From the IMG/VR virus record IMGVR_UViG_3300032073_000008, positions 46,318 through 110,317 of that record: DNA of 64,000 nt; one strand, given 5' to 3'. The position numbers were made by a program, and so were the translations under genes. The stretch is from a virus. Shown one piece after another: positions 1 through 9,410 of the stretch (position 1 is the stretch's first letter; each line of letters starts with the position of its first letter). The notes under the pieces are model-generated. The model was given only the letters and a program-made list of their open reading frames with translations. It had not been told where the DNA came from and did no database searches.

Positions 1-148
1 TTAGTTTGATAAGAGCTACACGCTCACCCATATAGATTTTGAGATACTTGTTATGGACAACAGATATTTTGGCACTTTCCGCACCAAGCTCAGTTTCATC
101 TAGTTTACAGTCTTTATCCCATTCAATAACAATTTGTTCTATATTCAA
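1..148 (-). CDS. uvsY: UvsY recombination mediator, 5' part (runs off the left edge)
   Basis: Manual translation from TTG at 148 (SD GAGGTG upstream): MNIEQIVIEWDKDCKLDETELGAESAKISVVHNKYLKIY, typical UvsY N-terminus; follows gp3 as in marine T4-like phages. Not in the ORF track. Confidence 0.8.
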   Translation of the reverse strand, partial: MNIEQIVIEWDKDCKLDETELGAESAKISVVHNKYLKIYMGERVALIKL

Positions 149-181
149 TTTTCACCTCATAAAATAGTTACATGCTTCAAT

Positions 182-210
182 ATTATATCGTATTACTGAA
201 TTGTAGTCAA
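182..210 (-). promoter_or_regulatory. sigma70-type early promoter for uvsY
   Basis: Minus strand TTGACT-17 nt-TATAAT. Confidence 0.7.
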
Positions 211-714
211 CTCATATTTCCTATAATTAAAACTGACTTGGGCTGAAAGATAATCAACATCAGAGTTCTCTATACTAAACTCTAATGATGAAAGATTAGT
301 TGGGTACATATCAACAAATTTAACTTCAATATTTGGTGTCATGGCTGCAGTCGTGATAATCATTGAACCATCAGAATATATATTACCAGTGTTGTCTTTA
401 GTTCTTCCAAGAGCCTTTGATTGATCAAAACTGTCTGGATAACCAAGACCAATCAACCAATCGTATATTTCAGAAAAGTTTTTCATATCTTCATCAACGC
501 GGAATGTTAATTGCAACGCACCAAAGTCTAGCTTGTCACCTGGAATTGGAAGTTTCGCGAATGGATTTTGAACTTCAGTTGGTGCACTAAGAGAGATATC
601 AGGTATCGCTGCAGCAGTACAAAAATAATTTACATGTGGCAATCTTTGTACGCTGAATCTAAACCCTATTGGAGAAAGAAAACTTTTATTTGTTGGTTGT
701 GATGGAACAGTCAT
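193..714 (-). CDS. gp3: Tail completion / sheath stabilizer gp3 (tail-tube fold)
   Basis: N-terminal FLSPIGFRF...PHVNYFC...IP motif, FRVDEDMKN, SDGSMII; position between gp23 and uvsY. Confidence 0.8.
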   Translation of the reverse strand: MTVPSQPTNKSFLSPIGFRFSVQRLPHVNYFCTAAAIPDISLSAPTEVQNPFAKLPIPGDKLDFGALQLTFRVDEDMKNFSEIYDWLIGLGYPDSFDQSKALGRTKDNTGNIYSDGSMIITTAAMTPNIEVKFVDMYPTNLSSLEFSIENSDVDYLSAQVSFNYRKYELTTIQ

Positions 715-740
715 TTGCTTTTCCTATGATTAATATTATC

Positions 741-748
741 TATTTATA
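741..748 (-). promoter_or_regulatory. T4-type late promoter for gp3
   Basis: TATAAATA on the minus strand ~27 nt upstream of the start. Confidence 0.7.
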
Positions 749-754
749 ATCAAT

Positions 755-783
755 AAAAAAAGGGGAATATTAAACTCCCCTTT
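755..783 (-). terminator. Intrinsic terminator after the YRGV peptide gene
   Basis: AGGGGAG...TTCCCCT stem followed by a T run on the minus strand. Confidence 0.75.
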
Positions 784-800
784 CTTCCACGCACTAACAA

Positions 801-899
801 TTAACTGACCTTAACACCTCTGTAAACACGCTCAGATCTAGTTTTATTTTTGGCAGATTTTTTAGGTGCAACTCGCACACCACGATATATAATAGTCAT
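801..899 (-). CDS. 32-aa basic peptide with two YRGV motifs (DUF4278-like)
   Basis: MTIIYRGVRVAPKKSAKNKTRSERVYRGVKVS*, SD AGGAGA; directly downstream of a glnA-type riboswitch, the usual context for YRG peptides. Not in the ORF track. Confidence 0.8.
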   Translation of the reverse strand: MTIIYRGVRVAPKKSAKNKTRSERVYRGVKVS

Positions 900-927
900 A
901 GCTATCTCCTATAGTTAAATAAAAGAT

Positions 928-980
928 GCGTTCCTTCGACACAATTGTCTACTTCCGTTCACTTATAGTGAATGAACGAT
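928..980 (-). ncRNA. Glutamine riboswitch (glnA RNA motif, glutamine-I class)
   Basis: Minus strand ATCGTTCA-TTCACT ATA AGTGAA-CGGAAGTA-GACA ATTG TGTC-GAAGGAACGC: P1 CGTTC/GAACG, P2 and P3 hairpins, conserved GGAAGTA/GAAG junction. Confidence 0.85.
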
Positions 981-1033
981 GTAGTCTTTTGACCGATGAC
1001 TTATCGGAGCATATCAGAATAGATATACACCAT

Positions 1034-1041
1034 TATTTATA
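1034..1041 (-). promoter_or_regulatory. Late promoter upstream of the riboswitch
   Basis: TATAAATA immediately after the gp23 terminator. Confidence 0.65.
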
Positions 1042-1046
1042 AGAAT

Positions 1047-1074
1047 AAAAAAAGAGGCTCCGAAGAGCCTCTTA
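1047..1074 (-). terminator. Intrinsic terminator of the major capsid gene
   Basis: AAGAGGCTC-TTCG-GAGCCTCTT followed by a T run; cUUCGg tetraloop typical of T4-like phages. Confidence 0.9.
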
Positions 1075-1106
1075 TAAAGTTGTCTGTTAAGACAGATCTT
1101 TTTATC

Positions 1107-2474
1107 TTATACCAAGTTAGCAACTTTAACGCGACGGTAGTAAGAGTTTTTACTAGCAAAGTTAACAGCACTTGCAGCAAATGGGTTCGCAACCATGCCG
1201 TAGCGAGTTTTGAAACCGATTTTTGGTTGGAAGGTATTCTCACCAACCGCACGAACCATTTGTAGAGGCACATATGGGCAGTAGAATAAACCAGCATCAA
1301 AGGCACTATCACCTTTGTAACCAATAGTGAAGTAGTTGTTAGTTGTATCAGAGAAGTATGGATCAATGTATACTTTGATACGACCATTTAATACACCAGC
1401 GAAAGTGTTACCAGTGTCATCTACTTGCAAGTTGTTGCTAAGTGCAGGAGCATAGTCAAGAACACCAGCCATTTGAAGAGCAGAAGCTACATCAGATGAA
1501 GTGATCAAAACATTACCTTTACCGCGACGAGTTGCTTTACCGATTGCGTTAGCTTCACGCTCGATTTGGAACATTAAGCCTTTGAACTTCTCAACAGACC
1601 AGCGACCGTTTGAGTCAGTGTCTAGATCGAAAACACCATTATTAGTTACAAGACCTTGTGCACCGATAGTAGCAGTGTAGTTGATAGTACGAACAACTTC
1701 ACGGTTAATTTCAGCAAGGATCTCAGTAGATAAGATGTTGCTTAACTCTTGCTCAGCATCTAAACCATGGACAGCTTTAAGATCTTGAGCTAATTCCATA
1801 GTGTATTCTGCTTTTAACGCACGAGATACAGCTGTTACACTGATTTTCTCGATAGAGAACGCCATTTCAGCAAAAGAGTTACCAGCTGCATCGCCAAGAG
1901 CTTCAGCAGTAGCAGTTGACATACCAGTGTGAACAGTATAGCCAGAACCAGAAGCAGCTTCAGTTGCATCTTGACCAGCTTGAGTAGTACCAGCAGCACC
2001 ATCGATTACACCACCGAAGTTTGCTGTGTTAGCAGTCTCACTACCGATTGCAGAGAATGAAGTGTCAGCTTCGTTAAATAAGGCTTCAGTACCAGCTTGA
2101 GTATTGAGGCGTGATTTCATCGCAAAGATAAGACCAGTTGGACCAGTCATTGGCTGTACGCCACAAATATCATAAGCGATAAGGTTAGGCATTGAGCGAC
2201 GCACTAAGCTGATTAGGACAGGATCGAAAGTATCGACACTACCGTCACCAGCAGTAGAGCTAGATGCACCCATTGCGTTTACTGGTGCTGCTTCGCCTAA
2301 AAGCGAAGGAGCGTGAGCACCGCCAGACTGAGCAGATTGCTCAGCTGCAGCTCGTTCTTGGTTTTCTAAAAGAGTTGCAACAGTTGAACGCTTGTGAGCG
2401 TCAGTGATCGAAGGAAGATCAGCGTGCTCAAGAACAGGTTGCCACTTCTTTTGTAGACTATCAGATTGAATCAT
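1107..2474 (-). CDS. gp23: Major capsid protein
   Basis: KWQPVLEH, LVRRSMPNLIAYDICGVQPMTGPTGLIFAM, SRALKAEYTMELAQDLKAVHGLDAE, FQPKIGFKTRYG. Confidence 0.99.
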   Translation of the reverse strand: MIQSDSLQKKWQPVLEHADLPSITDAHKRSTVATLLENQERAAAEQSAQSGGAHAPSLLGEAAPVNAMGASSSTAGDGSVDTFDPVLISLVRRSMPNLIAYDICGVQPMTGPTGLIFAMKSRLNTQAGTEALFNEADTSFSAIGSETANTANFGGVIDGAAGTTQAGQDATEAASGSGYTVHTGMSTATAEALGDAAGNSFAEMAFSIEKISVTAVSRALKAEYTMELAQDLKAVHGLDAEQELSNILSTEILAEINREVVRTINYTATIGAQGLVTNNGVFDLDTDSNGRWSVEKFKGLMFQIEREANAIGKATRRGKGNVLITSSDVASALQMAGVLDYAPALSNNLQVDDTGNTFAGVLNGRIKVYIDPYFSDTTNNYFTIGYKGDSAFDAGLFYCPYVPLQMVRAVGENTFQPKIGFKTRYGMVANPFAASAVNFASKNSYYRRVKVANLV

Positions 2475-2518
2475 TATAGGTTCTCCTTAAAATAAGACCT
2501 TTTATTAAATTACTTGAT

Positions 2519-2526
2519 TATTTATA
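2519..2526 (-). promoter_or_regulatory. Late promoter for gp23
   Basis: TATAAATA upstream of SD AAGGAG. Confidence 0.75.
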
Positions 2527-2531
2527 AAAAA

Positions 2532-3608
2532 TTACTTTTTAATGCTTTTTGAAATGGCATTCAAGTACGCACTCATGCTAGGATCAGCATGATTTGTCTC
2601 TTCAGTTAATTCATCTAACTCAAGAGGCTCTTCATCGACAACCACTTGCTCAGCGACAACTTCTTCTTTAGGGAAGTAGCTCTCTTTGAGTGTCTCTAAC
2701 TTTTCAGCATATGAATCTTCATCTTCAAACTCTACGCCTTCAGACAAAGAAGCCAGCTTAACGGCTTGAGACTCTGTGATATCTTCGCAAGCAGAAGCTA
2801 AGATCGCAGATTTCTTTGACTCAACTAATTCTTTGCGAAGAACGATGTTTCTTTCCATTTCTTCATTGATTGAAGATTCGAGCTCAGTAACCTTAGATGC
2901 TAATTCATCAACAAGGTCAACTTTCTCTTCTGGAATATCGATGTAGTTTTCAGTGAACAGACTGCGTAAACCAGTCATGAAGTTCTCAACGATTTCTGCT
3001 CGAACTCCTTGCTCAACTGCTAACTCATTTTCTTGCATCCACTCTTCAGCGACATACTCTAAGTAGTCATCTAAGCGTGATGAAAGAGATTCATTAATGG
3101 TAGATTTTTCTGCTTCAAGTTCTGCTTCAAAATCAACAGTAACAGATTCTAAAACTTCGTTGACTTTTGAAACTACTGCAGCTTCAAAGATAGTTGTAGC
3201 TTTTGATACAAAATCTTCTGAAAGATCTTGACCACCAAACATTGCTTCAACATCTTCAGCGATAGATACATCTTCAGCACTAATCTGACGGATTTCTTTG
3301 ATAGATTGTGTATCAGCTTCTTCTGAAACTTCTTCAGCTTCAAAACCTTCAACCTTCAAAGATGCCATAACCTTACCATAGTTTGCTGCGATGTCGTCTT
3401 TCTTCATGCCTTTAACAGCATCCATCATAGCATTGATCATACCAACTTTTGTTTTGGGAGCAGGCACTTGTTTAGGAGCACCCTTCTTAATTTCTGCAGC
3501 ATTGTCGTCAGCGATTTTTTCGCCATCAACTTCTGGTGCAGCATTCGCTTCTTCGAGAGCGTCATCAGTTTGCTCAACTTCTACACCCTCTAGTTCTAAA
3601 TCAGACAT
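2532..3608 (-). CDS. gp22: Prohead core scaffolding protein
   Basis: Acidic coiled coil, LSEDFVSKATTIFEAAV, YLEYVAEEWMQENELAVE, LETLKESYF; synteny. Confidence 0.95.
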   Translation of the reverse strand: MSDLELEGVEVEQTDDALEEANAAPEVDGEKIADDNAAEIKKGAPKQVPAPKTKVGMINAMMDAVKGMKKDDIAANYGKVMASLKVEGFEAEEVSEEADTQSIKEIRQISAEDVSIAEDVEAMFGGQDLSEDFVSKATTIFEAAVVSKVNEVLESVTVDFEAELEAEKSTINESLSSRLDDYLEYVAEEWMQENELAVEQGVRAEIVENFMTGLRSLFTENYIDIPEEKVDLVDELASKVTELESSINEEMERNIVLRKELVESKKSAILASACEDITESQAVKLASLSEGVEFEDEDSYAEKLETLKESYFPKEEVVAEQVVVDEEPLELDELTEETNHADPSMSAYLNAISKSIKK

Positions 3609-3640
3609 GGATTTCTCCTTTAAATTAATTGAATACAGTC

Positions 3641-3648
3641 TATTTATA
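3641..3648 (-). promoter_or_regulatory. Late promoter for gp22
   Basis: TATAAATA. Confidence 0.7.
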
Positions 3649-3653
3649 AAAAT

Positions 3654-4310
3654 TTATAATTTGGAAATAAAGTCCTTAAAAACAGCCAACTTTGTCTCTT
3701 CGAGCTCTTGAGAACTGGCTTTTTGAACTTCATTCTTATAATCAGCAATATTGGCTTCGCGGATAACACCGTTTTCCCAAACCCACTCTTTGCCTTCCAT
3801 GATACCTTGCACGAAAGCATCTGGTGCTGATGGGTCTGCAACAATATCAGCTGCAGTTGCGAGATAGAAGTCATTTTGAACTTCACCAACACCAGCTTTT
3901 GTTTGTTTGACTGAACCCATACCACGAGATGAAACACCTAGTTGAGCACCCTCGTCCATCAAAGATTTGACGATAGCACCATAAGGAGTTTCTGTCATGA
4001 TTTTAGCTTTACCAAGAAAGTTAGAACCATCACGCTTCAACTCAGTGATCATATGCGAAACACGCTCAAGATTTATAGTTGGACCTTGTGGATGTCCAAG
4101 CTCACCATAAGCACGATTCTTTTCAACATACTCTTCAGAGTATCGTTTGATTTCTTTATCTAAAACCTCAGCAGGATATAATCGACCGTTGCGGTTTTGT
4201 ATATCACCTTGCAAGAAAACACCTTCAATAAAATATGACTTCTTACCATCTTTATCTTTGGCTTCTGTAAGGTAATTAATATCTTCGTTTACTTCGCATA
4301 TTAGCTTCAT
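3654..4310 (-). CDS. gp21: Prohead protease
   Basis: IEGVFLQGDIQNRNGRLYP, GELGHP, GVSSRGMGS, DIVADPSAPDAFV. Confidence 0.97.
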   Translation of the reverse strand: MKLICEVNEDINYLTEAKDKDGKKSYFIEGVFLQGDIQNRNGRLYPAEVLDKEIKRYSEEYVEKNRAYGELGHPQGPTINLERVSHMITELKRDGSNFLGKAKIMTETPYGAIVKSLMDEGAQLGVSSRGMGSVKQTKAGVGEVQNDFYLATAADIVADPSAPDAFVQGIMEGKEWVWENGVIREANIADYKNEVQKASSQELEETKLAVFKDFISKL

Positions 4311-4311
4311 A

Positions 4312-4569
4312 TTAGTAACCTGAGTTTGCTATAGCTGTGCCATAAAAGGTTGTAGCACCACGCAATCCTTGACTATCTGCTAAGTGGACTACAATACCAG
4401 AACCTGCAGCAACATATATTGTTCCTAAATCACCGCCATCTGCAGCATTACGAACAGTTGCAACCGCAGCAGAAGTATGAGTGTTAAACAGATAAACTGC
4501 GTGTTGACCTGTTGTTTTAAATTTTGTTGTTCCTGTGGCTAGTGCCGTTGCTGTTCCTAATACCTTCAT
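4312..4569 (-). CDS. Small hypothetical head-cluster protein
   Basis: 85-aa beta-rich ORF abutting its neighbours in the head operon. Confidence 0.6.
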   Translation of the reverse strand: MKVLGTATALATGTTKFKTTGQHAVYLFNTHTSAAVATVRNAADGGDLGTIYVAAGSGIVVHLADSQGLRGATTFYGTAIANSGY

Positions 4570-5033
4570 TATTTACCCCCGAATGCGATGTCAACCAACT
4601 GAAACATTCCTTCAGGCGATTTTTCTAACATCTTTTCAGCCTTTTTTGCATTAGCAGGCTTTAGTTTATTTAGCATGTTAACAAGAGCAGAAGCAGTAGT
4701 CATGTCTATTGTCTCAGACTTACCATCACCGAACTTAACCTTCTTTGCTGCTTTTTTCTTAACAATATCGTTTAACTGATCTACAACTTTTCCCTCAGAT
4801 AAGTCACTTTCCTCATCTTGTTCAGTTTCAGTTTCTTCAGTGATCTCAGCACGATCACCATCGAATTGATGATCTCCAGCAACTGGATGTTTTGTTACAG
4901 TCATCTTGTGCTTGGCTTTAAAATCTTTTTCGCCTTTTGGTTTTGGTTCTAATTGATCCTTTTCAGTATTATCATTAGGACGACCGCCTGATGCAGCTTC
5001 AGATACAAATGTCTTAAATCTTTTGATAGGCAT
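4569..5033 (-). CDS. Putative prohead core protein (gp68 position)
   Basis: Synteny between gp20 and gp21; charged N-terminus, VKFGDGKSETIDMTTA motif. Confidence 0.55.
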   Translation of the reverse strand: MPIKRFKTFVSEAASGGRPNDNTEKDQLEPKPKGEKDFKAKHKMTVTKHPVAGDHQFDGDRAEITEETETEQDEESDLSEGKVVDQLNDIVKKKAAKKVKFGDGKSETIDMTTASALVNMLNKLKPANAKKAEKMLEKSPEGMFQLVDIAFGGK

Positions 5034-5035
5034 TA

Positions 5036-5227
5036 CTAATCCTCTGGTTCTTGATTATCTTGTTGTGACATAAAGTTTGTTGAAACCTCATGTTTTTTAA
5101 TTTCTACAGCATCTTTAATTTTGTCCATCAACAAGTCGTTGACGACATCTTTAAACCCTGATACATCGCCTTCTGCAGCTTTATTTATTGCGTCTAAAGA
5201 TGTTACAGTTTCTTGTTCTTCGCTCAT
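5036..5227 (-). CDS. Small acidic prohead core protein (gp67 position)
   Basis: Acidic helical ORF after the portal; likely start ATG 5227 (SD GGAG), tandem TATAAATA at 5240-5255. Confidence 0.55.
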   Translation of the reverse strand: MSEEQETVTSLDAINKAAEGDVSGFKDVVNDLLMDKIKDAVEIKKHEVSTNFMSQQDNQEPED

Positions 5228-5272
5228 AATAATCTCCAATATTTATATATTTATAAGATAAATCTCTTACAA

Positions 5273-6754
5273 TTAAAATTCGTTATCGTCACCATCACCT
5301 TCATCAGCGATATCTTTATCCATCTGTTCAATATCTTCTTCTGTCTGCATAAGAACATTTTTACGGATCCATGCTGTGGAGAAATATTTACCAGTATATT
5401 GGTCAACATCTTGAAGTAGTGATAATCTTTCTCTCATAACTTCAGATGTTTTCAATTCAGAAAAATGGTTGTCTTCAGCGAAATTAAACCGCAATTCTTT
5501 CTTTATTTCAGACCACTCTTCTTTTGTTATAACGCCTTTCAAAAGTAGTTGCTTTTCAAGAAGAATCATAAACAATTCTGAAAAACGACTTCTTAATCTT
5601 TTAACAAACTTAGAAAACTTTAACTCGTCACGAGTTATCTCGGATGCTCTTCCAAGATTAAATTGTCCATCTGACTGTAATCTTGATGAAGGAACATTAA
5701 GAGATTCATAAAGTTTTCTGCGAAAATATTCTACATCATCCATCTCTCCAAGATTTTGCCCACCTGGAAGTGTGGTGATTTCTGTTCCGCTACTACCTTC
5801 TCTTCTTGGTAGCCAATAATCTTCAAGCATAGTAAGAAATTTACGATCATCTCTAACTTCACCAGTGTTAGCATCATAGACTAATTTATTCTTATGCTTA
5901 ACCATCATATCTCGTAGATATTGTTCAGCTTTTGCTTTGGGCAAATTACCTACATCGATATAAAATATTCTTCTTTCTGGTGCACGAGCTAGACGATAAA
6001 TAATTGTCGCATCTTCTAACATACGCAACTGATTCAAGGGCTTAACAGCTTTGTGTAAATGCCCAAGAACCATTGAATTCTTTTGATCCATAACACCGCT
6101 ATGGATATATGCGATAGCATCAGGAGCAATCTTAACACCCGAATTACCAGCACTTACTCCTTTGCCAGAGTAAATAAAATATTCATTATATTGTTTACCA
6201 ATAACACCTTGTCTGTCAGCACCGCCATTTTTTGGTTTCTTTTCAGTCCTGACTTTTTTGATCTTTCTTGGATCAATATATCTGAGTTCTTGTATTCCTT
6301 TTCTGGGATTAGCAGTATCAATCATCAGATGATAATACAACCTTCCATCAACATACCAATTACGGAATATGTCATATCCGCTGTTCTCAAAATGCATTAA
6401 ATTAAGAATTCCGTCAAACTCTTCACGGATCCTTTCTTTGATTGCATCTGGTTGCTCGACTTCGTCAACAACAACCTCAACAGCAGCACTACTATCTTCA
6501 AACACAACAGCTTCATTAATAATATCATCTACAGCCTTGTCACATTCACCTTGATATGACATTTCTCTGTATTTTGTTATCAATGTAACTTCAGTTTTAG
6601 CAGATCCTTCAAGATCAACTGTAGTGCCGAAAGCACCACCTGCATTCACATCTATCGTACCATCTATGTTAGGTGGTGGTGCGAATGACTGTACTGTTGG
6701 TGGTGCTTCTTGTTCTTTGCGTCCGATCTGAAAACCGAAAAGTTCTATTGCCAT
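5273..6754 (-). CDS. gp20: Portal vertex protein
   Basis: LFGF start, WYVDGRL, YRLARAPERRIFYIDVGNLPK, LEDYWLPRREG, EITRDELKF. Confidence 0.98.
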   Translation of the reverse strand: MAIELFGFQIGRKEQEAPPTVQSFAPPPNIDGTIDVNAGGAFGTTVDLEGSAKTEVTLITKYREMSYQGECDKAVDDIINEAVVFEDSSAAVEVVVDEVEQPDAIKERIREEFDGILNLMHFENSGYDIFRNWYVDGRLYYHLMIDTANPRKGIQELRYIDPRKIKKVRTEKKPKNGGADRQGVIGKQYNEYFIYSGKGVSAGNSGVKIAPDAIAYIHSGVMDQKNSMVLGHLHKAVKPLNQLRMLEDATIIYRLARAPERRIFYIDVGNLPKAKAEQYLRDMMVKHKNKLVYDANTGEVRDDRKFLTMLEDYWLPRREGSSGTEITTLPGGQNLGEMDDVEYFRRKLYESLNVPSSRLQSDGQFNLGRASEITRDELKFSKFVKRLRSRFSELFMILLEKQLLLKGVITKEEWSEIKKELRFNFAEDNHFSELKTSEVMRERLSLLQDVDQYTGKYFSTAWIRKNVLMQTEEDIEQMDKDIADEGDGDDNEF

Positions 6755-6823
6755 TATGGTCAATCCTCATCATTAATAGGGGCATCATACTATTTATGCC
6801 TGCCCCTAGATCACTTTTTTGGA

Positions 6824-7369
6824 CTAAATTCCGCCAGCGTTTCCAGTAACACCGCCAGATACTTCCCAATAATCATATTGGAATGTCACAGTGTACTCTT
6901 GGATTGCATCACTATCCCATGCTAAGTCGATGGTGCCAACTTCAGATGGATACAAGCCAACAAAGTTATAAACACGGAGTATAGCACCGTCTTTACCAAA
7001 CTGTGTTACTTGTGCATTAGCTTTATATAGGCTTGGAGCAGAGCCAGACTGATTAACATTACCTTGAGCAGTGTTAATTGAGTTTGACCATGCTTCCATA
7101 GCATTTCGGACTGCGAAGTCTTCGTCATTAATAATAGTTGGTGCCCATTCAGCATAAGTACGATTACCAGCCAACTTAATTTGACGACCGAAGTATGGAA
7201 CTTCAACCGTACCAAGCGTAGAGGCAGGTATTTGTGCAGCCTTTGTCATAAAAGGCACTTGTGCATCAGCAACACCGTTAATTGGATTTGTAATCTGGAC
7301 TTGGAAGAGTGATGCTCTTGCACCACCCCCAGTTAAAGCTCCAGCAAAATCATTTACATTAAACGCCAT
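6824..7369 (-). CDS. gp19: Tail tube protein
   Basis: GGARASLFQV, VPYFGRQIKLAGNRTYAEW, INDEDF, FQYDYW. Confidence 0.95.
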   Translation of the reverse strand: MAFNVNDFAGALTGGGARASLFQVQITNPINGVADAQVPFMTKAAQIPASTLGTVEVPYFGRQIKLAGNRTYAEWAPTIINDEDFAVRNAMEAWSNSINTAQGNVNQSGSAPSLYKANAQVTQFGKDGAILRVYNFVGLYPSEVGTIDLAWDSDAIQEYTVTFQYDYWEVSGGVTGNAGGI

Positions 7370-7399
7370 TTTTTTTATCTCCCGATTCTTATTTTATAT

Positions 7400-9346
7400 T
7401 TATGCACGACCAACAATTTCAGAAAACTCAACGCCAGTTCGTACAGCAACAAAGTTCAACTGAATAAAGTTGATTGATCGGGCTGGTTTGATATAGATGT
7501 CGCCTATGAATTCATTACGATCTATAACTTCGCCAGTGTTATTTGTTCCGTCACATACTACAACGAAATCATTAATACCACGACGACCTTGAACATCTCT
7601 TAAGAAAGGTTCAACTAAGTTCTTAAATTGACTTCTAGTGAATTCATCATTGAATTCGAATAAAGTAAATTGTGAAGCTGTAGAAATAGCCTTTTCTAGT
7701 ACGATGAACAGTCTACGAACATTAATACGATCAAATGCAGACGGTTTAGCTAACAGCGTCTTGTCTCCAAACAGTACAGTACCTTGTCCTGGAAATGTGA
7801 CAACTGGATTAATGCCTTTCTTATAAAGGGCATCACGATCGCCTTTAGTTGGATTATATGCTAATTTGACAACGCTCTTAACATTACCGCGATTGAATCC
7901 AGCAGGTGAGTACCAAGGATCACGAGTAGTGTCAGTTTGTACCATCAAACCAGCTGTATCGGCATTTAAAGGAATGTAACGGTAAACATCATTGTACTTA
8001 TCATACATGTACTTCCAGCCACCATCCATAACTGCGTATGAAGATGAAGGTAATGAGTCGCGGAATGCAATTACATCAGCAACCTCTTTACCAGCATATG
8101 AGTTGTTGTTAACAACATCAGCATACTCTGGTGAGATTACAGCGATACAATCTTTACGACTTTCAGCAATGTTTGTAATTAGGTATGTTGCTAATGTTTG
8201 GTCAGCATTACCACCCAACAAGAATGATACATCAACATCTTCAGAGGATTTGAATAAATCATATCCAACTATTTTTTGTGCTCCAGTCAGATCATTACCA
8301 TCAGTACCACCAGAAAGCGAGATGTTTTTAACACCTGATTTTATAGTCGCTTGATCAACAGTAAATGATTCGTCGGCTTCTGATGTTGTAGTTCCATCTA
8401 AAAATGTTTTATCAGAAACTTTAATAAATTGAGATTGTTGGTTTATAACTTCTCGGAAATTATTTCCTGCACCTTCTGCTGTTTTTGCATCAATTGCTTT
8501 GGAAACAGAGCTATATGTTTCTAAGATAGCATTTTTGGTTCCTGTAATAAGACCATCTTCATCTATGACTGCTATATGAAGCTCATCAGTCGTACCACCA
8601 CGATTAGTAGCAGTTGCTGAAGTTCCAGGTGCAGTATCAAAACTGTTGAAGTATTCCCAATTTCGTATTACACCATATTGCGCATTTGATGTTGTTCCAT
8701 TATAGGTATCATCAATGAGCAATGTTACAAAAGCAGTGCTATTTGCGGATGGACCAGTACCAGTGGTTGTCACACTCAAAACTTTACTATCATGAGCGTT
8801 GTTTTCACCTACAGATACTATATCACCCACGCTAAACTGTTCAGCTAAAGCGGTTGCTTGTGAATCGCCAGCAGCATCTATTACAACAGATTTTGTTCCA
8901 TTAGCAATTGTGTGTTTATCAGCTAATGTTTTTTGATATCCATTTGCACTAGCACAAACTGAAATTTTTATAGAGTTTCCTAATTTTCCAGGATACTTAG
9001 CATAAAAATTATCAGTTGTTGGTACAGTTGAATCATCATTTTTAATCATAACCTCAAAATTAGATTCTGATGCATTATTTGCTCCAGGACCAGCAACACG
9101 CACAACATTAAGTGCATTGCCGTATGCTAAAAAGTTTGCAGCCGTGAAAAAATCAACTGCATTATTTGAGTTCGGTTTTTGGAAAGTGCTCACAAGTCGA
9201 TCTTCAGAGTCAACTAAAACTCTGTCCTCTACTGGACCCCACCTAAACTGACCAGCAATTGCACCTTCTGTGGTGGAAACTGCAGGAACAACTGTGGTAA
9301 GGTCGATCTCGCTTACATTAACTCCAGGACTTACTTGGAATGGCAT
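7400..9346 (-). CDS. gp18: Tail sheath protein
   Basis: SPGVNVSEIDLT, WYSPAGFNRG, FDRINVRRLF, FEFNDEFTR, IKPARSINFIQLNFVA. Confidence 0.98.
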   Translation of the reverse strand: MPFQVSPGVNVSEIDLTTVVPAVSTTEGAIAGQFRWGPVEDRVLVDSEDRLVSTFQKPNSNNAVDFFTAANFLAYGNALNVVRVAGPGANNASESNFEVMIKNDDSTVPTTDNFYAKYPGKLGNSIKISVCASANGYQKTLADKHTIANGTKSVVIDAAGDSQATALAEQFSVGDIVSVGENNAHDSKVLSVTTTGTGPSANSTAFVTLLIDDTYNGTTSNAQYGVIRNWEYFNSFDTAPGTSATATNRGGTTDELHIAVIDEDGLITGTKNAILETYSSVSKAIDAKTAEGAGNNFREVINQQSQFIKVSDKTFLDGTTTSEADESFTVDQATIKSGVKNISLSGGTDGNDLTGAQKIVGYDLFKSSEDVDVSFLLGGNADQTLATYLITNIAESRKDCIAVISPEYADVVNNNSYAGKEVADVIAFRDSLPSSSYAVMDGGWKYMYDKYNDVYRYIPLNADTAGLMVQTDTTRDPWYSPAGFNRGNVKSVVKLAYNPTKGDRDALYKKGINPVVTFPGQGTVLFGDKTLLAKPSAFDRINVRRLFIVLEKAISTASQFTLFEFNDEFTRSQFKNLVEPFLRDVQGRRGINDFVVVCDGTNNTGEVIDRNEFIGDIYIKPARSINFIQLNFVAVRTGVEFSEIVGRA

Positions 9347-9390
9347 TGTTATTCTCCTTTGGAAGAGTTTTTATTTCAATTCAGACTTGA

Positions 9391-9398
9391 TATTTATA
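9391..9398 (-). promoter_or_regulatory. Late promoter for gp18
   Basis: TATAAATA upstream of SD AAGGAG. Confidence 0.75.
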
Positions 9399-9410
9399 AA
9401 AACTCAATGT

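Noticed and set aside
1037-1387. 116-aa ORF overlapping the end of gp23
   Set aside because: Out-of-frame overlap that runs through the gp23 terminator.
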